In this document: positions 63,165-64,000 of the stretch, piece by piece
How the letters are laid out: each line of letters starts with the position of its first letter
Position numbering within the stretch: the stretch's first letter is position 1
Assembly: GCA_035720205.1 (NCBI GenBank)
Contig: DASTOQ010000118.1
Location: 6,546-70,545, forward strand
Direction of reading: 5' to 3'
Source: Steroidobacteraceae bacterium
GTDB taxonomy: Bacteria > Pseudomonadota > Gammaproteobacteria > Steroidobacterales > Steroidobacteraceae
DNA length: 64,000 nt
Program-made: the position numbers and the translations under genes
Notes under the pieces: model-generated
The model's database searches: none
Seen by the model: the letters and a program-made list of their open reading frames with translations, nothing else
Told to the model about the DNA's origin: nothing

Positions 63165-64000
63165 TGCAGGAGTCGCTGCTCGCCTACCGCCGCATGCGCT
63201 ACCTCTGGGTGGCCGGGGCGCTCGCCGCCGCCGCGATCCTCGCCTACGCCCTGCACCGCCCGCCCGAGGCGCCGGACGGCGGCACCTGGCTCGGCTACAC
63301 GCTGGGCGGCGTCGCCGCGGCGCTGGTGCTGCTGCTCGGCGCCTTCGGCATCAGGAAGCGCGCCTACGCCTCCACGCTCGGCAGCGTGCGCGGCTGGCTG
63401 TCGGCGCACGTCTACCTGGGGCTCGCGCTGGTGGTGGTCATGACGTTGCACGCGGGTTTCCAGTTCGGCTGGAACGTGCACACGCTCGCCTACCTTCTGG
63501 TGTGCGTAGTCGTCGCCAGTGGCGTTGCCGGCGTGTGGTTCTACCTGCGCTATCCGGAGCAGATGAGCCGCAACCGCGCCGGCGAGACGCGCGACCAGAT
63601 GCTGGCCGAGCTCGCCGACCTCGACCGCCTGTGCGCGAAGCAGGCCGCGGCGCTCGGCGGCGAATTCCCGGACGTGATCGTGAGCGCGCGCGACCGCACC
63701 GCGCTCGGTGGCGGCGCCATCGCCGTCCTCGCCGGTCGCGACCGCTCGCGCGTGGTGCTGCCGGGCGCGCATGGCGCCGGCGGCACGGTGCTGCCGAATC
63801 CCGGGCAGTCGCGCCTCGCCGACTGGCTCGGCCACGAGCTCGCCGAGAGCACCGACGGCGAGCGTACGCGCCTGATCCACGAGTTGATGGCGCTCGTCCA
63901 CACGCGCCGCGGCTTGCTCGAGCGCCTGCGCCGCGACGCGCAGATCCGCGCCTGGCTGGACGCCTGGCTGTACGTCCACGTCCCGGCCACCTGCGCGCTG
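63164..64000 (+). CDS. Polytopic membrane protein (possible membrane anchor/cytochrome-b-like partner); 3' end cut by the window edge
   Basis: Not in the track because it runs off the right edge. The GTG at 63164 overlaps the TAG (TAGTG). Manual translation gives VQESLLAYRRMRYLWVAGALAAAAILAY... with at least three TMs carrying His (SAHVYLGLALVVVMTLHAGF). The minus ORF 62987..63979 is its antisense shadow. Confidence 0.6.
   Translation, partial: MQESLLAYRRMRYLWVAGALAAAAILAYALHRPPEAPDGGTWLGYTLGGVAAALVLLLGAFGIRKRAYASTLGSVRGWLSAHVYLGLALVVVMTLHAGFQFGWNVHTLAYLLVCVVVASGVAGVWFYLRYPEQMSRNRAGETRDQMLAELADLDRLCAKQAAALGGEFPDVIVSARDRTALGGGAIAVLAGRDRSRVVLPGAHGAGGTVLPNPGQSRLADWLGHELAESTDGERTRLIHELMALVHTRRGLLERLRRDAQIRAWLDAWLYVHVPATCAL

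Noticed and set aside
56151-63979. Minus-strand ORFs 56151..58505, 58433..59512, 59821..60909, 60339..62882 and 62987..63979
   Set aside because: They are antisense to the CHASE2 cyclase operon genes, each of which has clear domain motifs on the + strand.
1-64000. tRNA, rRNA, tmRNA, transposase, integrase or prophage genes
   Set aside because: Intergenic gaps are short (mostly under 200 nt), and none showed cloverleaf-like or rRNA-like sequence. No ORF resembled DDE, tyrosine or serine recombinases. A dedicated tRNA/ncRNA scan would be needed to exclude small RNAs formally.

Overview
Very GC-rich proteobacterial chromosomal DNA, gammaproteobacterium-like (a low-confidence guess from gene content). 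I support about 60 protein-coding genes, packed tightly, with many 4-nt ATGA/GTGA start-stop overlaps. I saw no rRNA, tRNA, CRISPR array, transposase or integrase. Most of the long ORFs in the six-frame track are Arg/Ala-rich antisense shadows of real genes; I rejected them. Content: four TonB-dependent receptors (one with a Fur-box-like site, one paired with a lipoprotein, two tandem paralogs sharing a conserved upstream leader); a TetR-controlled OMF-MFP-RND efflux operon; two ECF sigma modules; a LytS/LytTR two-component system; an MBOAT O-acyltransferase operon with two tandem paralogous accessory genes; a LemA/M48 peptidase operon; and a PA2778/PA2779-type pair. Main highlights: (1) At 53.9-56.1 kb (minus strand) there is a RiPP-type cluster. 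It encodes a signal-peptide-bearing 12-cysteine repeat peptide, followed by a DUF692 (MNIO/MbnB-like) enzyme and a DUF2063 partner, i.e. bufferin-type metallophore architecture. (2) Divergent from it, a five-gene operon at 56.3 to >64 kb encodes a CHASE2 class III adenylate cyclase, a TPR/beta-barrel protein, a FecR-domain protein, an unusual flavoprotein + two cNMP-binding domains + poly-ferredoxin fusion, and a polytopic membrane protein. (3) A REP-like palindromic repeat family sits at three convergent gene junctions. (4) Twin divergent ECF-type promoters with identical -35/-10 elements. All start codons are my own calls from the sequence. Functions come from motif and family recognition by eye, not from database searches.
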